Source of the DNA: Candidatus Eiseniibacteriota bacterium
GTDB taxonomy: Bacteria; Eisenbacteria; RBG-16-71-46
DNA length: 64,000 nt
Assembly (NCBI GenBank): GCA_963717935.1
Contig: CAVQXP010000004.1
Location: 320,001 to 384,000, forward strand
Direction: 5' to 3'
Part shown: piece by piece, positions 10,166 through 19,009 of the stretch
Layout: every line of letters begins with the position of its first letter
Position numbering within the stretch: position 1 is the stretch's first letter
Notes under the pieces: generated by a model
Databases searched by the model: none
Seen by the model: the letters and a program-made list of their open reading frames with translations, nothing else
What the model was told of the DNA's origin: nothing
Program-made: the position numbers and the translations under genes

Positions 10166-11167
10166 ATGCGCATCCGTTCCTGGAGCATCCCCGCGCTCAC
10201 CCTGCTCGCACTGGGCCAGTTTTCGTGCGCGACGATCGGGCTGATGCCGCTGCCGGATGCCATGCCCGCGGCGCGCGCGGGGCTGTCCCCCGAGTACCGG
10301 CTCTTCTACGACGCGCTCGGGGACTACGGGGACTGGCCCCTCATCGAGCCCTTCGGCTACGTCTTCCGTCCCTATGTGAGCGTGACCGGCTGGCGCCCCT
10401 ACCAGTACGGCTACTGGGCCCCGAGCGACGTGTATGGCTGGGTGTGGATCTCCGCCGAGCCCTTCGGCTGGGCGACCTACCACTATGGCGACTGGCTCTA
10501 CGATCGCTACCAGGGCTGGGTCTGGGTCCCCGGCCTCGACTGGGGGCCGGCCTGGGTCTCGTGGGAGCAGACTCCCGACTACATCGGCTGGGCTCCGCTG
10601 TTCCCGGCCGGCTACGGCCCGGAGCTGGTGCCGGGCGGCGGGTATGTCTACGTGCCGACGGCAGAGCTCCCGGCCACCAACGTGCAGACGCGCACGCGCA
10701 CGAAGGACCAGATCGCCGAGCAACTCGGCCCCCCGCGGCCCGTCGAGAACCTGGTGGAACGCGGTGGTGTCACGTTCAACGCCGGGCCGAAGTTCGACGA
10801 CATCGAGCGGCGCTCCGGACGACTGCCACGCGTGAAGATCGAGGATCTCTTCCCCGCGAGCAGCCTGGTCGTGAAACCCGACGCGGGGCCGTCCAGCCCG
10901 CCCGCGGTCAGAAGGTCCGGGGCCCGGCCCACTCCCGCCGGGACGACCGCGGCCGAGGCGATGCGGCGCGCCGCGGAGGAAGCCGCCCGGTCGGCCCGCT
11001 CGGTGACCGAGAGGAACGCCGCGCCGCCGCCCAGCATCAGCGTGGTGCGACGCGAGGCGAAGCACGAGCCCGCGCCGAGCGAGAAGCCGGGCGAGGACGC
11101 TGCGCAGAAGCGGCCGCGGAAGCCCGGCCGCGACCCGGCCGAAGCCGACAGCACGAAGCAGCGGTGA
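10166..11167 (+). CDS. Putative lipoprotein with a W/Y/G/P-rich DUF6600-like domain and a disordered C-terminus
   Basis: GAGGAG RBS, signal peptide ending in Cys, and WRPYQYGYW / WVWISAEPFGWATYHYGDW / WGPAWVSW repeats. Confidence 0.75.
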   Translation: MRIRSWSIPALTLLALGQFSCATIGLMPLPDAMPAARAGLSPEYRLFYDALGDYGDWPLIEPFGYVFRPYVSVTGWRPYQYGYWAPSDVYGWVWISAEPFGWATYHYGDWLYDRYQGWVWVPGLDWGPAWVSWEQTPDYIGWAPLFPAGYGPELVPGGGYVYVPTAELPATNVQTRTRTKDQIAEQLGPPRPVENLVERGGVTFNAGPKFDDIERRSGRLPRVKIEDLFPASSLVVKPDAGPSSPPAVRRSGARPTPAGTTAAEAMRRAAEEAARSARSVTERNAAPPPSISVVRREAKHEPAPSEKPGEDAAQKRPRKPGRDPAEADSTKQR

Positions 11168-11177
11168 CCGGACGAGT

Positions 11178-12311
11178 GTGAGCATCACCGACCGCATCAA
11201 GGCCCGCGCGCTGGAGCTGGGCTTCGATGCGGCGCGCGTCGCCGCCGTCACCCCGGGCCATGCCGACGGAGGCGCCCCGGAGCCGGCGACGGCGGGCACG
11301 CCGGGGGCGCCCACTCCAGCGCGGACGCCCGCGGGCACGCCGGATGCCGACCACTTCGAGGCCTGGCTCGGCGCCGGGCGCCATGGGGAGATGCCCTGGC
11401 TCGCCACCGCGCGCAACCGCGCGCGCCGCGCCGATCCCGCGCGCATCCTGCCCGGCGTGCGCTCGATCCTCTGCGTGGTGATGTGCCACGAACCGGAGGC
11501 CGACGCCGGACGCGACCAGCGCCTCGGGCGCATCGCCCGCTACGCCGCGGGCGAGGACTACCACCGCGTCATGCGCGACCTGCTCGGCACGCTGGAGCGC
11601 TTCGTCGAGGAGACGCTGCCCGGCGCGCGCGCCCTGTGGTACGCGGACACGGGCGCCATCCTCGAGCGCGGCTGGGCCGAGCGCGCCGGGCTCGGCTGGA
11701 ACGCGAAGCACTCGGGCCTGATCTCGCCCGCGCTGGGCTCCTGGCTGCTGCTGGGCGAGGTGCTCGTCGATCGCGAGCTCGAGCCCGACGCGCCCTTCGA
11801 CCGCGAGCACTGCGGCACCTGCACGCGCTGCCTCGCGGCCTGCCCCACCGGCGCCATCGTCGCACCGGGCCAGGTGGACGCGCGGCGGTGCATCTCCTAC
11901 CTCACGATCGAGCATCCCGGCTCGATCCCACCGGCGCTGCGCCCGCTCCTGGGCGACTGGGTCTTCGGCTGCGACCTCTGCCAGGAAGTCTGCCCGTGGA
12001 ATCGCTTCGCCCCGTCCGCGCGAGAGGCACGCCTGCACGCGCTCCCGTTCGAGGGCTGGAAGCTCGAGCGCTTCCTCACGCTCGACGAGCCGGGCTTTCG
12101 CGCGCTCTTCGCCGCGAGCGCCATCCGGCGCTCGGGCCGCGGTCGATTCCTGCGCAACGTCTGTGTCGCGCTCGGCAACCGCGGCGAGGCCGCAGCGGCG
12201 CCCGTCCTCGCCCGCGCGCGCGACACCGACCCCGACCCGCTGGTGCGCGAGCACGCCGCATGGGCGCTGGAGGAGATCGCCCGGCGGTCCGGATCGAAGA
12301 ACGCTCCCTGA
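11178..12311 (+). CDS. queG: tRNA epoxyqueuosine(34) reductase
   Basis: IARYAAGEDYH, DTGAILER, CGTCTRCLAACPT, RCISYLTIE, GCDLCQEVCPWN and a C-terminal HEAT-like repeat. Confidence 0.95.
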   Translation: MSITDRIKARALELGFDAARVAAVTPGHADGGAPEPATAGTPGAPTPARTPAGTPDADHFEAWLGAGRHGEMPWLATARNRARRADPARILPGVRSILCVVMCHEPEADAGRDQRLGRIARYAAGEDYHRVMRDLLGTLERFVEETLPGARALWYADTGAILERGWAERAGLGWNAKHSGLISPALGSWLLLGEVLVDRELEPDAPFDREHCGTCTRCLAACPTGAIVAPGQVDARRCISYLTIEHPGSIPPALRPLLGDWVFGCDLCQEVCPWNRFAPSAREARLHALPFEGWKLERFLTLDEPGFRALFAASAIRRSGRGRFLRNVCVALGNRGEAAAAPVLARARDTDPDPLVREHAAWALEEIARRSGSKNAP

Positions 12312-12324
12312 GTGCCGCACCGCG

Positions 12325-12744
12325 TCACTCCAGCTTCGCCCCCTCGACCCACCCGGCGCCACCGTCGGCGTAGTGCTCCTTCTTCCAGATGGGCACCGTG
12401 CCCTTCACCTGGTCCATCGCCCAGCGGCAGGCGTCGAAGGCCGCGCTGCGGTGCGCCGCGGCCACGACCACGGCGACGCTCGCCTCGGCGGGCGGCACCT
12501 CGCCGAGCCGGTGGACGATGCGGCAGGACGCCACCCCGTGACGCTCCACCGTGGCGCGCTCGGTCTGCCCGAGGGCCGCGAGCGCCATGGGGCGGTAGGC
12601 CTCGTACTCGAGGCGTACGACCTCGCGCCCCTCGTGGTGATCGCGCGTGGTGCCGAGGAAGAGGACGATCGCGCCGCAGTCGGGACGCGCGGCCCCGGCG
12701 AGCAACCGCTCGACCTCGATCGGGCCCTCGACCAGTTCCGCCAC
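12325..12744 (-). CDS. moaE: Molybdopterin synthase catalytic subunit
   Basis: GAIVLFLGTTR, LEYEAY, HRLG, AHR and PIWKKE motifs. Confidence 0.95.
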   Translation of the reverse strand: MAELVEGPIEVERLLAGAARPDCGAIVLFLGTTRDHHEGREVVRLEYEAYRPMALAALGQTERATVERHGVASCRIVHRLGEVPPAEASVAVVVAAAHRSAAFDACRWAMDQVKGTVPIWKKEHYADGGAGWVEGAKLE

Positions 12745-12745
12745 G

Positions 12746-12991
12746 TCAGCCTCCGCTCACCGGCGGCAGCAGCGCCACCACGGCGCCCTCCGTGAGCGGC
12801 GTGTCGGGCCGGGCGAGCTTGCCGCTCACCGCGACCGAGAGGTGCGGCCCCGGAGGCTCGAGCGCAGGGTGCTCGAGCGCCAGCGCCGCGAGCGCGTCCG
12901 CGAGCCGGCTGCCCTCGGGCAGCGACAGCTCGGCGCTCGCGCGGCCGGCGCGCTCGCGGATCTGGGCGAAGAACAGCACGGTGACCTTCAT
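12746..12991 (-). CDS. moaD: Molybdopterin synthase sulfur carrier subunit
   Basis: Starts MKVTVLFFA and ends LLPPVSGG; adjacent to moaE. Confidence 0.93.
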   Translation of the reverse strand: MKVTVLFFAQIRERAGRASAELSLPEGSRLADALAALALEHPALEPPGPHLSVAVSGKLARPDTPLTEGAVVALLPPVSGG

Positions 12992-13026
12992 GGACGCTCT
13001 CCCCTGGGAGTCGCTATGCTCGCCGG

Positions 13027-14184
13027 ATGAGTGACGAGAATCAAGCAGCCCCGCCGCCCGAAGGGCCCGCGTTGCGCCCTGACGGTCCGCCCGCGCCCCA
13101 TCCGGCATTCGAGTTCCTGGAGGACGCACCGGGAGCGCCTGGCCCGTTCGAAGCTGCCGCGCCACCGCCGCTGCCCCGGAAGGTGCTGCACAGCGCCCTG
13201 GCGCTCGCGCTGCTCGGCCTCGCGGCTTTGCTTCTCGGGCAGGTCGAGGCCGCGCTCCTCATCGTGATCGCGGCGTTCTACTTCGTGGCTCAGAGCGCCG
13301 ACGTCCACCCCGCGATGGGCCGCGTGCACGCGTTCCTCGCCTGGATCCCGCCCGCCACGGGGGCCATCGTGCTGGGCGCGCTCGCGCGCCTGCTGGTCAC
13401 GGACCGCCCGCTCACGCCCCTGCACCTCGGCTTCGCCGTCTTCTCGGGCCTCGGGGCGCTCGCGAACCTCGTCACCCTGCTGCCGTCGATGGCGGACCGG
13501 CTCGTCCGGTTGCTCTTCCGCGGCACGCGCCCAAGCCACACGCTCCGGCTCACCGCCAGCGTCGCGTTCACGATCCTGTGCGTGGCGCTCCCCGCGTGGC
13601 TCGCGTTCCGCGACCAGCTCGCCGAGTTGCTGCGGGATCCGGGCAAGCTGGTGAGCGCCTCGAAGCTCTCGGGCGGACTCGTCGGCTACGTCGTGCTGGC
13701 GTTCGCCTCGGTCGGCTTCCTCGTGCGGCGCGATTGGCGCGGGTCGCTCGAGCGCCTGGGCCTCACCGCGCTGCGTCCCGCCGACTGGCTGACCGTCGTC
13801 GCTGGAGTCGTGGCGCTCTGGCTCTTCAACGTCGGGAGCGAGTGGCTCGAGAGGACCGCGTTCCCCGCGCTGTGGGCGAGCGACCAGGGTTTCACGGTGG
13901 CGCTGGCCGGGGTCATGGGCCCGGGCCTGATGCTGCTGCTGGGCCTGAGCGCCGGCCTCGGCGAGGAGATCACGCTGCGCGGAGCGCTGCAGCCGAAGCT
14001 CGGGATCGCGCTCACCTCGCTGCTCTTCGCGGCGCTCCACGTCCAGTATTCGTGGTACGGGATGCTCGCGATCCTGGTCTTCGGCCTGATCCTGGGCCTG
14101 ATCCGCAGGCGCAGCAGCACGACCGCCGCGATCCTGGTGCACGCGCTCTACGACCTGCTCGCCGTGGCCGCCTCGAAGATGTAG
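13027..14184 (+). CDS. CPBP/CAAX-family intramembrane glutamic endopeptidase
   Basis: EEITLRG, FAALH and VHALYD motifs; multiple TM helices. Confidence 0.88.
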   Translation: MSDENQAAPPPEGPALRPDGPPAPHPAFEFLEDAPGAPGPFEAAAPPPLPRKVLHSALALALLGLAALLLGQVEAALLIVIAAFYFVAQSADVHPAMGRVHAFLAWIPPATGAIVLGALARLLVTDRPLTPLHLGFAVFSGLGALANLVTLLPSMADRLVRLLFRGTRPSHTLRLTASVAFTILCVALPAWLAFRDQLAELLRDPGKLVSASKLSGGLVGYVVLAFASVGFLVRRDWRGSLERLGLTALRPADWLTVVAGVVALWLFNVGSEWLERTAFPALWASDQGFTVALAGVMGPGLMLLLGLSAGLGEEITLRGALQPKLGIALTSLLFAALHVQYSWYGMLAILVFGLILGLIRRRSSTTAAILVHALYDLLAVAASKM

Positions 14185-14214
14185 GACGCGGGGCGCGCGT
14201 GGGCAGCCCGGCCC

Positions 14215-14946
14215 TCAGCGCACGAGATCGTATCCGACGCCGACCCTCACGTAGAACCCGCTGTAGTCCAGCCATGTCGTCCTGCCCGTCGTCTGGACCG
14301 TGGTCGTGCCATCGGACAGGGTGGCCTCGCCGGGCATGCGGCCCATGTCCCGGTACTGGAAGCCCGCCCGGATGAAGCCCGCGACGCCAGCGAGGTTGGT
14401 CTGGTCGATTCCCACGAATGCACCGCCGGTCATCCTGGTGCGGTGCGCCGTCACGTCCATGTAGAACGCGCCGAATGCGTCTTCCAGGGCATAGCCCTCG
14501 ATCAGCTCCCCCCGGCCCTGGGCCACGTTGACGCCCACGGTCAACCCCTGCAGCCGGCTGAATCGCACCGCGGCTTCCGCGCCGATCTCCGTCATCCGGA
14601 AGTCCAGGTCATCGGCGTAGAAGATCTCGTCCGGCACGTGGAGGACGAGGTTTCGGACGGCCCGCAGGTACGAATACGTGGCCCCGACCCGGAACCCGGG
14701 AAGTATCCACAGCCCCACGGAGGCGGTCGGGCCGTAGCCCAATCCGACCGTCTGGAACGCGGCCGGGTACCCTGCTTCCACGAGCGCGGCCTCGGTCTCC
14801 CGGATCGAGATGTTCTGGTCGGTCATCCTCAGCCCGTTCCCGCCGTAATCGAGGCGGACGTAGGGGGCGATACCGGCCACGGCTGGCGCTGCGAGGGCAC
14901 ACACCATCAGAAGGCTTGTCAGGACCAACAGGTCACGGGTCTTCAT
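14215..14946 (-). CDS. Hypothetical secreted outer-membrane beta-barrel protein
   Basis: AAGGAGGAG RBS, signal peptide, amphipathic strands and a C-terminal FYVRVGVGYDL beta-signal-like end. Confidence 0.7.
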   Translation of the reverse strand: MKTRDLLVLTSLLMVCALAAPAVAGIAPYVRLDYGGNGLRMTDQNISIRETEAALVEAGYPAAFQTVGLGYGPTASVGLWILPGFRVGATYSYLRAVRNLVLHVPDEIFYADDLDFRMTEIGAEAAVRFSRLQGLTVGVNVAQGRGELIEGYALEDAFGAFYMDVTAHRTRMTGGAFVGIDQTNLAGVAGFIRAGFQYRDMGRMPGEATLSDGTTTVQTTGRTTWLDYSGFYVRVGVGYDLVR

Positions 14947-14992
14947 GGGCTCCTCCTTGATCCCTGCGACGGAAACGGGGCGTTCTCTCCGG

Positions 14993-15020
14993 TTATCGGC
15001 CCGGCCACGCGTCCGCTTGA
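14993..15020 (-). promoter_or_regulatory. Sigma28 (FliA/WhiG)-type promoter
   Basis: Minus strand reads TCAAG-N15-GCCGATAA, 46 nt upstream of the 14946 ATG. Confidence 0.65.
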
Positions 15021-15142
15021 TCGGAATCGTGGCGTGCCCGAGAGCGGGAATCAGAAGGGGGACATGGAGATCCGGCGCGCGACGGGGCGTGGCGGCCACA
15101 CCGATGGCCCCGCCCGGGCTGGCCGGCCCCGCCGCCCTCAGC

Positions 15143-15862
15143 CTACGACAGCGTCTCGCCCGGCCTCAGGGCCACGACTTCGATGTCCAGGCCCAGCCTC
15201 TTCAGCTCCTCGCGCAGCATCTCGGGCGTCCCGGTGAACACCGGGGACGTGCCATAGTGGGCTGGCACGATCCACTTCGGCTTGAGCATGCGCGCCGCCA
15301 CGGCCGCCTCGCGCGGGGACATCGTGTAGTGATCCCCGATCGGCAGCAGAGCGATGTCGGGCGGGTAGAGCTCGCCGATCAGCGCCATGTCCGAATGCGC
15401 GGCGGTGTCACCGGCGTGGTAGATGCGCGTACCGTCCTCGAGCGTGATCACGAAGCCGGCCGCCTCGCCGCCATAGAGCACCTGGCCGCCTTCCTCGATG
15501 CCGCTCGAATGGACGGCGTGGACCATCGTGAACCTGAGGCCCGCCGCCTCCGCCGTGCCGCCCTTGTTCATGCTGAGCGTGTTCGACACGCCCTTGCGAT
15601 CCAGGTACAGGCTGATCTCGAGGTTACAGATCACCACCGGCTTGAACTTCTTGCCCAGCGTCACGGCGTCGCCCATGTGGTCGTCGTGGCCGTGCGAGAT
15701 GGTCATCACGTCGATCCTGTCGAAGCTCTTCTGCTCCTTCGGGCAGGCCGGGTTGCTCTCGACCCAGGGATCCATCAGCACGGTGCGCGCGCCGCGGGTG
15801 ACGAGCTTGAACGTGTGATGGCCCAGCCAGGTCAGCGCGAATCCGCGGTTGACGGTGCTCAC
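15143..15862 (-). CDS. Metallo-beta-lactamase-fold hydrolase (UPF0173-like)
   Basis: TWLGH, SHGHDDH, HAVHSS, YHAGDT, LPIGDHYTM and PAHY motifs. Confidence 0.9.
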   Translation of the reverse strand: MSTVNRGFALTWLGHHTFKLVTRGARTVLMDPWVESNPACPKEQKSFDRIDVMTISHGHDDHMGDAVTLGKKFKPVVICNLEISLYLDRKGVSNTLSMNKGGTAEAAGLRFTMVHAVHSSGIEEGGQVLYGGEAAGFVITLEDGTRIYHAGDTAAHSDMALIGELYPPDIALLPIGDHYTMSPREAAVAARMLKPKWIVPAHYGTSPVFTGTPEMLREELKRLGLDIEVVALRPGETLS

Positions 15863-17232
15863 GGTCTAGCCACCTCCTCGAGCCGCGCCGTGAAGTGGCG
15901 CAGCGCCGGCGCTTCCCAGGTGATGCGCAGGCCCCCGAGCCGCCCGCGCTCGCGGTGCAGGGCGATCACCGACTCCGCCACGTAACGCATGTGTTCGTTC
16001 GTGTAGACGCGGCGCGGGATCGCGAGCCGCACCAGGTCGAGCTTCGGGAAGACCGGTTCGCCGGTCTTTGGGTCCCGGTGCCCGAACATGAGGCTCCCGA
16101 TCTCCACCGCGCGGATGCCGAACTCGCGATAGAGCGCCACGACCAGCGCCTGGCCCGGGAACTGCGACTGCGGCACGTCCGGCAGGAAGGTCCGTGCGTC
16201 GAGGTAGACGGCGTGGCCGCCCACCGGCTTCACGATGGGCACGCCGGCCTGGTCCAGCAACTCGCCCAGGTACGCCACCTGCCCGACGCGGTAGGCGAGG
16301 TAGTCCTCGTCCAGCACTTCGGTGAGGCCGATGGCGATGGCCTCGAGATCGCGTCCCGCGAGCCCCCCGTAGGTGGCGAACCCCTCGACCAGGATGAGCA
16401 GGTTCGTGATCTTCTCGGCCCACACCGTGTTCTTGAGCGCCAGGAAGCCCCCGATGTTGACCAGCGCGTCCTTCTTGGCGCTCATCGTGCACCCGTCGCC
16501 GTAGGAGAACAGCTCGCGCGCGATGTCCCTGACGCTGCGTTTCGACCAGCCCGGCTCGCGCTCGCGGATGAACCAGCAGTTCTCGGCGAAACGGCAGGCG
16601 TCGAAGATCAGCGGCACGCCGTGCCTGTCGCAGACCTCGCGCACCGCCCGCACGTTGGCGATCGAGACCGGCTGGCCCCCGCCCGAGTTGTTGGTGACCG
16701 TGAGCATCACCAGCGGCACGCGCTCGCGCCCGACCTCGCGGATCGCGCGATCGAGCTTCACCGGGTCCAGGTTGCCCTTGAACGGGTGCAGGCAGGCCGG
16801 ATCGAGACCCTCGTCGATGACCAGGTCGCGCGCCTCGGCGCCCTGGTGCTCGATGTTGGCCCGCGTGGTGTCGAAATGGGTGTTGCTGGGCACCACGTCG
16901 CCCGGCTTGAGCACGCTCGAGAACAGCAGGTGCTCCGCGGCGCGGCCCTGGTGGGTTGGGATGACGACGGGGTAGCCGAAGATGTCCCGGATGGCGTCGC
17001 GGAAGTGATAGAAGTTCCGGCTGCAGGCGTAGGACTCGTCGCCCATCATGAGCCCCGCCCACTGGCGGTCACTCATCGCCGAGGTGCCGCTGTCGGTGAG
17101 CAGGTCCACGGAGACGCTCTCGGCGGGCACGGCGAAGATGTTGAGCCCCGCTTCCGCCAGAAGGCGCTCGCGCTCCTCGCGCGTCACACGCCGCAGCGGC
17201 TCGACGACCTTGATGCGGAAGGGCTCTTGCAT
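15859..17232 (-). CDS. tnaA: Tryptophanase (PLP-dependent beta-eliminating lyase)
   Basis: EPFRIK, DLLTDSG, HQGRAAE and SAKKD (PLP Lys). FDTT and LRHF match the tryptophanase type rather than tyrosine phenol-lyase (FTTT/LRFF). Confidence 0.88.
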   Translation of the reverse strand: MQEPFRIKVVEPLRRVTREERERLLAEAGLNIFAVPAESVSVDLLTDSGTSAMSDRQWAGLMMGDESYACSRNFYHFRDAIRDIFGYPVVIPTHQGRAAEHLLFSSVLKPGDVVPSNTHFDTTRANIEHQGAEARDLVIDEGLDPACLHPFKGNLDPVKLDRAIREVGRERVPLVMLTVTNNSGGGQPVSIANVRAVREVCDRHGVPLIFDACRFAENCWFIREREPGWSKRSVRDIARELFSYGDGCTMSAKKDALVNIGGFLALKNTVWAEKITNLLILVEGFATYGGLAGRDLEAIAIGLTEVLDEDYLAYRVGQVAYLGELLDQAGVPIVKPVGGHAVYLDARTFLPDVPQSQFPGQALVVALYREFGIRAVEIGSLMFGHRDPKTGEPVFPKLDLVRLAIPRRVYTNEHMRYVAESVIALHRERGRLGGLRITWEAPALRHFTARLEEVARP

Positions 17233-17372
17233 GGCGGGCGGCAGTCTAGCCGTCGCGCGCGGCGGATACAAGGCGGCGCGGCCCGCGGGCGCCGAGGTGG
17301 CCGGCGCCGGGAGTGGCGGCGGCGCGCGTGGCCGTCTTGCACGCGTCTCGCCACCGGGATACGGTCCCGTCC

Positions 17373-18734
17373 ATGAACGCCGCCACCGCAATGCCCGCTG
17401 CGCGCACGCGCAACACCTCACTCCACGTCACGAACGCCACCCTCCTCGCGCTCGCCCTCACGACACTCGCCTCTCCGCTCCCCGCGGACGGAGCCCCCGC
17501 CGCGCGCAGGCTCGAACTCGGTTTCGAAGAGCGCGTCCGCAGCGAGAACTTTGACAACAGCACCGACTTCGACGAGAGGACAGCCGACGCCCGCCACCAG
17601 TGGCGCTTCCGCACCCGCGCCTGGGCGAAGCTGAACGCCGGTGCGAACACGGAGTTCGTGCTCGGCCTCGCCAGCGAGAGCCGCAGGCTGACGACGCCCC
17701 GGGTCGCGCTGACGATGGACGAGACCGTGGTCGAGAACCTCTACGTCGACCACCGCTTCTCCGATGGCGCATCGCTGCGCGTCGGGCGGCAGAACCTCTC
17801 GAAGGGCGACGGCTTCATCCTGATGGACGGCAACCCGTTGGACGGCTCGCGCGTGGCGTACTTCAACGCGCTGGACCTGGGCTGGACGTCCGGCAGGTCC
17901 CGCCTCGACCTGCTGCTCGTCTCGGATCCGTACCGCGACGAATACCTCCCCCGCATCCACGACCGGACCAGGTCGCTGGTCGAGTGGGACGAGAACGCGC
18001 TCGGCCTCTACTGGACCGACGCGGGCCGCGCGAAGACCACGCTGGACGCCTACTACTTCTTCAAGGCCGAGACCGGCGACACGCGTGCGCTCACGAACGC
18101 CACGCGCCAGAGCGACCGCATGTTCCACACGCTCGGCGGCCGCGTGGTGCGCGACTGCGCGCACGACTGGTCGGTGAAGGCGGAGCTGGCCGGGCAGGCG
18201 GGCGGGCAGCAGCCCGGCACCGGTGTCCGCGCCTGGGGCGCGCAGACCTCGGTGAAGAAGTCCTTCGCGCGAGCGACGAAGCCGTCCCTCCTGCTCGGCT
18301 GGACCGGTCTGTCGGGCGACGACCCCGCGACGACGGCGAACGAGGGCTGGGACCCGCTCTTCGCGCGCTACCCGAAGTGGAGCGAGCTGTACATCTACAC
18401 GCTGGGCAGCGAACGCGGCGCCGCCTACTGGACCAACCTCTCGATGTGGCAGGCCGAGGTGCGGCTGATGCCCGTGAAGGCAATCGACCTGCGCGCCACC
18501 TACTACCGGCTGGATGCCTTCCACCGTTTCCCGGGCAATCCCGCGATCTACGCGAACGGGACGCGACGCGGCGACCTTTGCGAGGCGCGCGCGGACCTCA
18601 AGCTGAACGACAACTGGCGCGGGCATGTCGTGGGCGAGTACCTGGCGCCCGGCGACTTCTACGCGGGGTGCGACGGCGGCTGGTTCTTCCGCGTCGAGGC
18701 GATCTGCTCGTTCACGAGGTCGTTCGCCGGGTAG
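17373..18734 (+). CDS. Alginate-export (AlgE-like) family outer-membrane beta-barrel
   Basis: Signal peptide; ERVRSE, RFRTR, LRVGRQ, DG.PLDGSR, LSGDDP and PG.FY motifs. Confidence 0.7.
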   Translation: MNAATAMPAARTRNTSLHVTNATLLALALTTLASPLPADGAPAARRLELGFEERVRSENFDNSTDFDERTADARHQWRFRTRAWAKLNAGANTEFVLGLASESRRLTTPRVALTMDETVVENLYVDHRFSDGASLRVGRQNLSKGDGFILMDGNPLDGSRVAYFNALDLGWTSGRSRLDLLLVSDPYRDEYLPRIHDRTRSLVEWDENALGLYWTDAGRAKTTLDAYYFFKAETGDTRALTNATRQSDRMFHTLGGRVVRDCAHDWSVKAELAGQAGGQQPGTGVRAWGAQTSVKKSFARATKPSLLLGWTGLSGDDPATTANEGWDPLFARYPKWSELYIYTLGSERGAAYWTNLSMWQAEVRLMPVKAIDLRATYYRLDAFHRFPGNPAIYANGTRRGDLCEARADLKLNDNWRGHVVGEYLAPGDFYAGCDGGWFFRVEAICSFTRSFAG

Positions 18735-18755
18735 CGCGCCACGCAAGGTCGGCGG

Positions 18756-18988
18756 CCCGGGGCGGGCGGCGGAAGGCGCTCCGGGCGAGCGCTCGCTCGC
18801 GCCCGGGGCGGCGGCCGGAAGGCACTCCGGGCGAGCGCTCGCTCGCGCCATCCTGGCGCTTCCTCGCTCTTCCGCGCTTGTCCGGCTCCGACATCCCTGT
18901 CTCCGCCGGGCGCGGACGTCGCCCTCCGGCCTTCCGGCCGCCGCCCACGCCCGGCGTCGCCCTGCGGCCTTCCGCCGCCCGCCCCGGG
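18756..18988. repeat. Nested palindromic repeat element, copy A (one element inside another)
   Basis: Perfect 22-bp outer inverted repeat (18756-18777 / 18967-18988) and perfect 18-bp inner inverted repeat (18806-18823 / 18929-18946). The core is shared with 20711-20862. Confidence 0.85.
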
Positions 18989-19009
18989 TTCAACACCCGC
19001 CGACGGGAA

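Noticed and set aside
13027..14184. Anti-phage 'Abi' system
   Set aside because: A lone CPBP protease in a housekeeping context, with no defence partner genes nearby.
15859..17232. Tyrosine phenol-lyase call
   Set aside because: The FDTT and LRHF residues favour tryptophanase.
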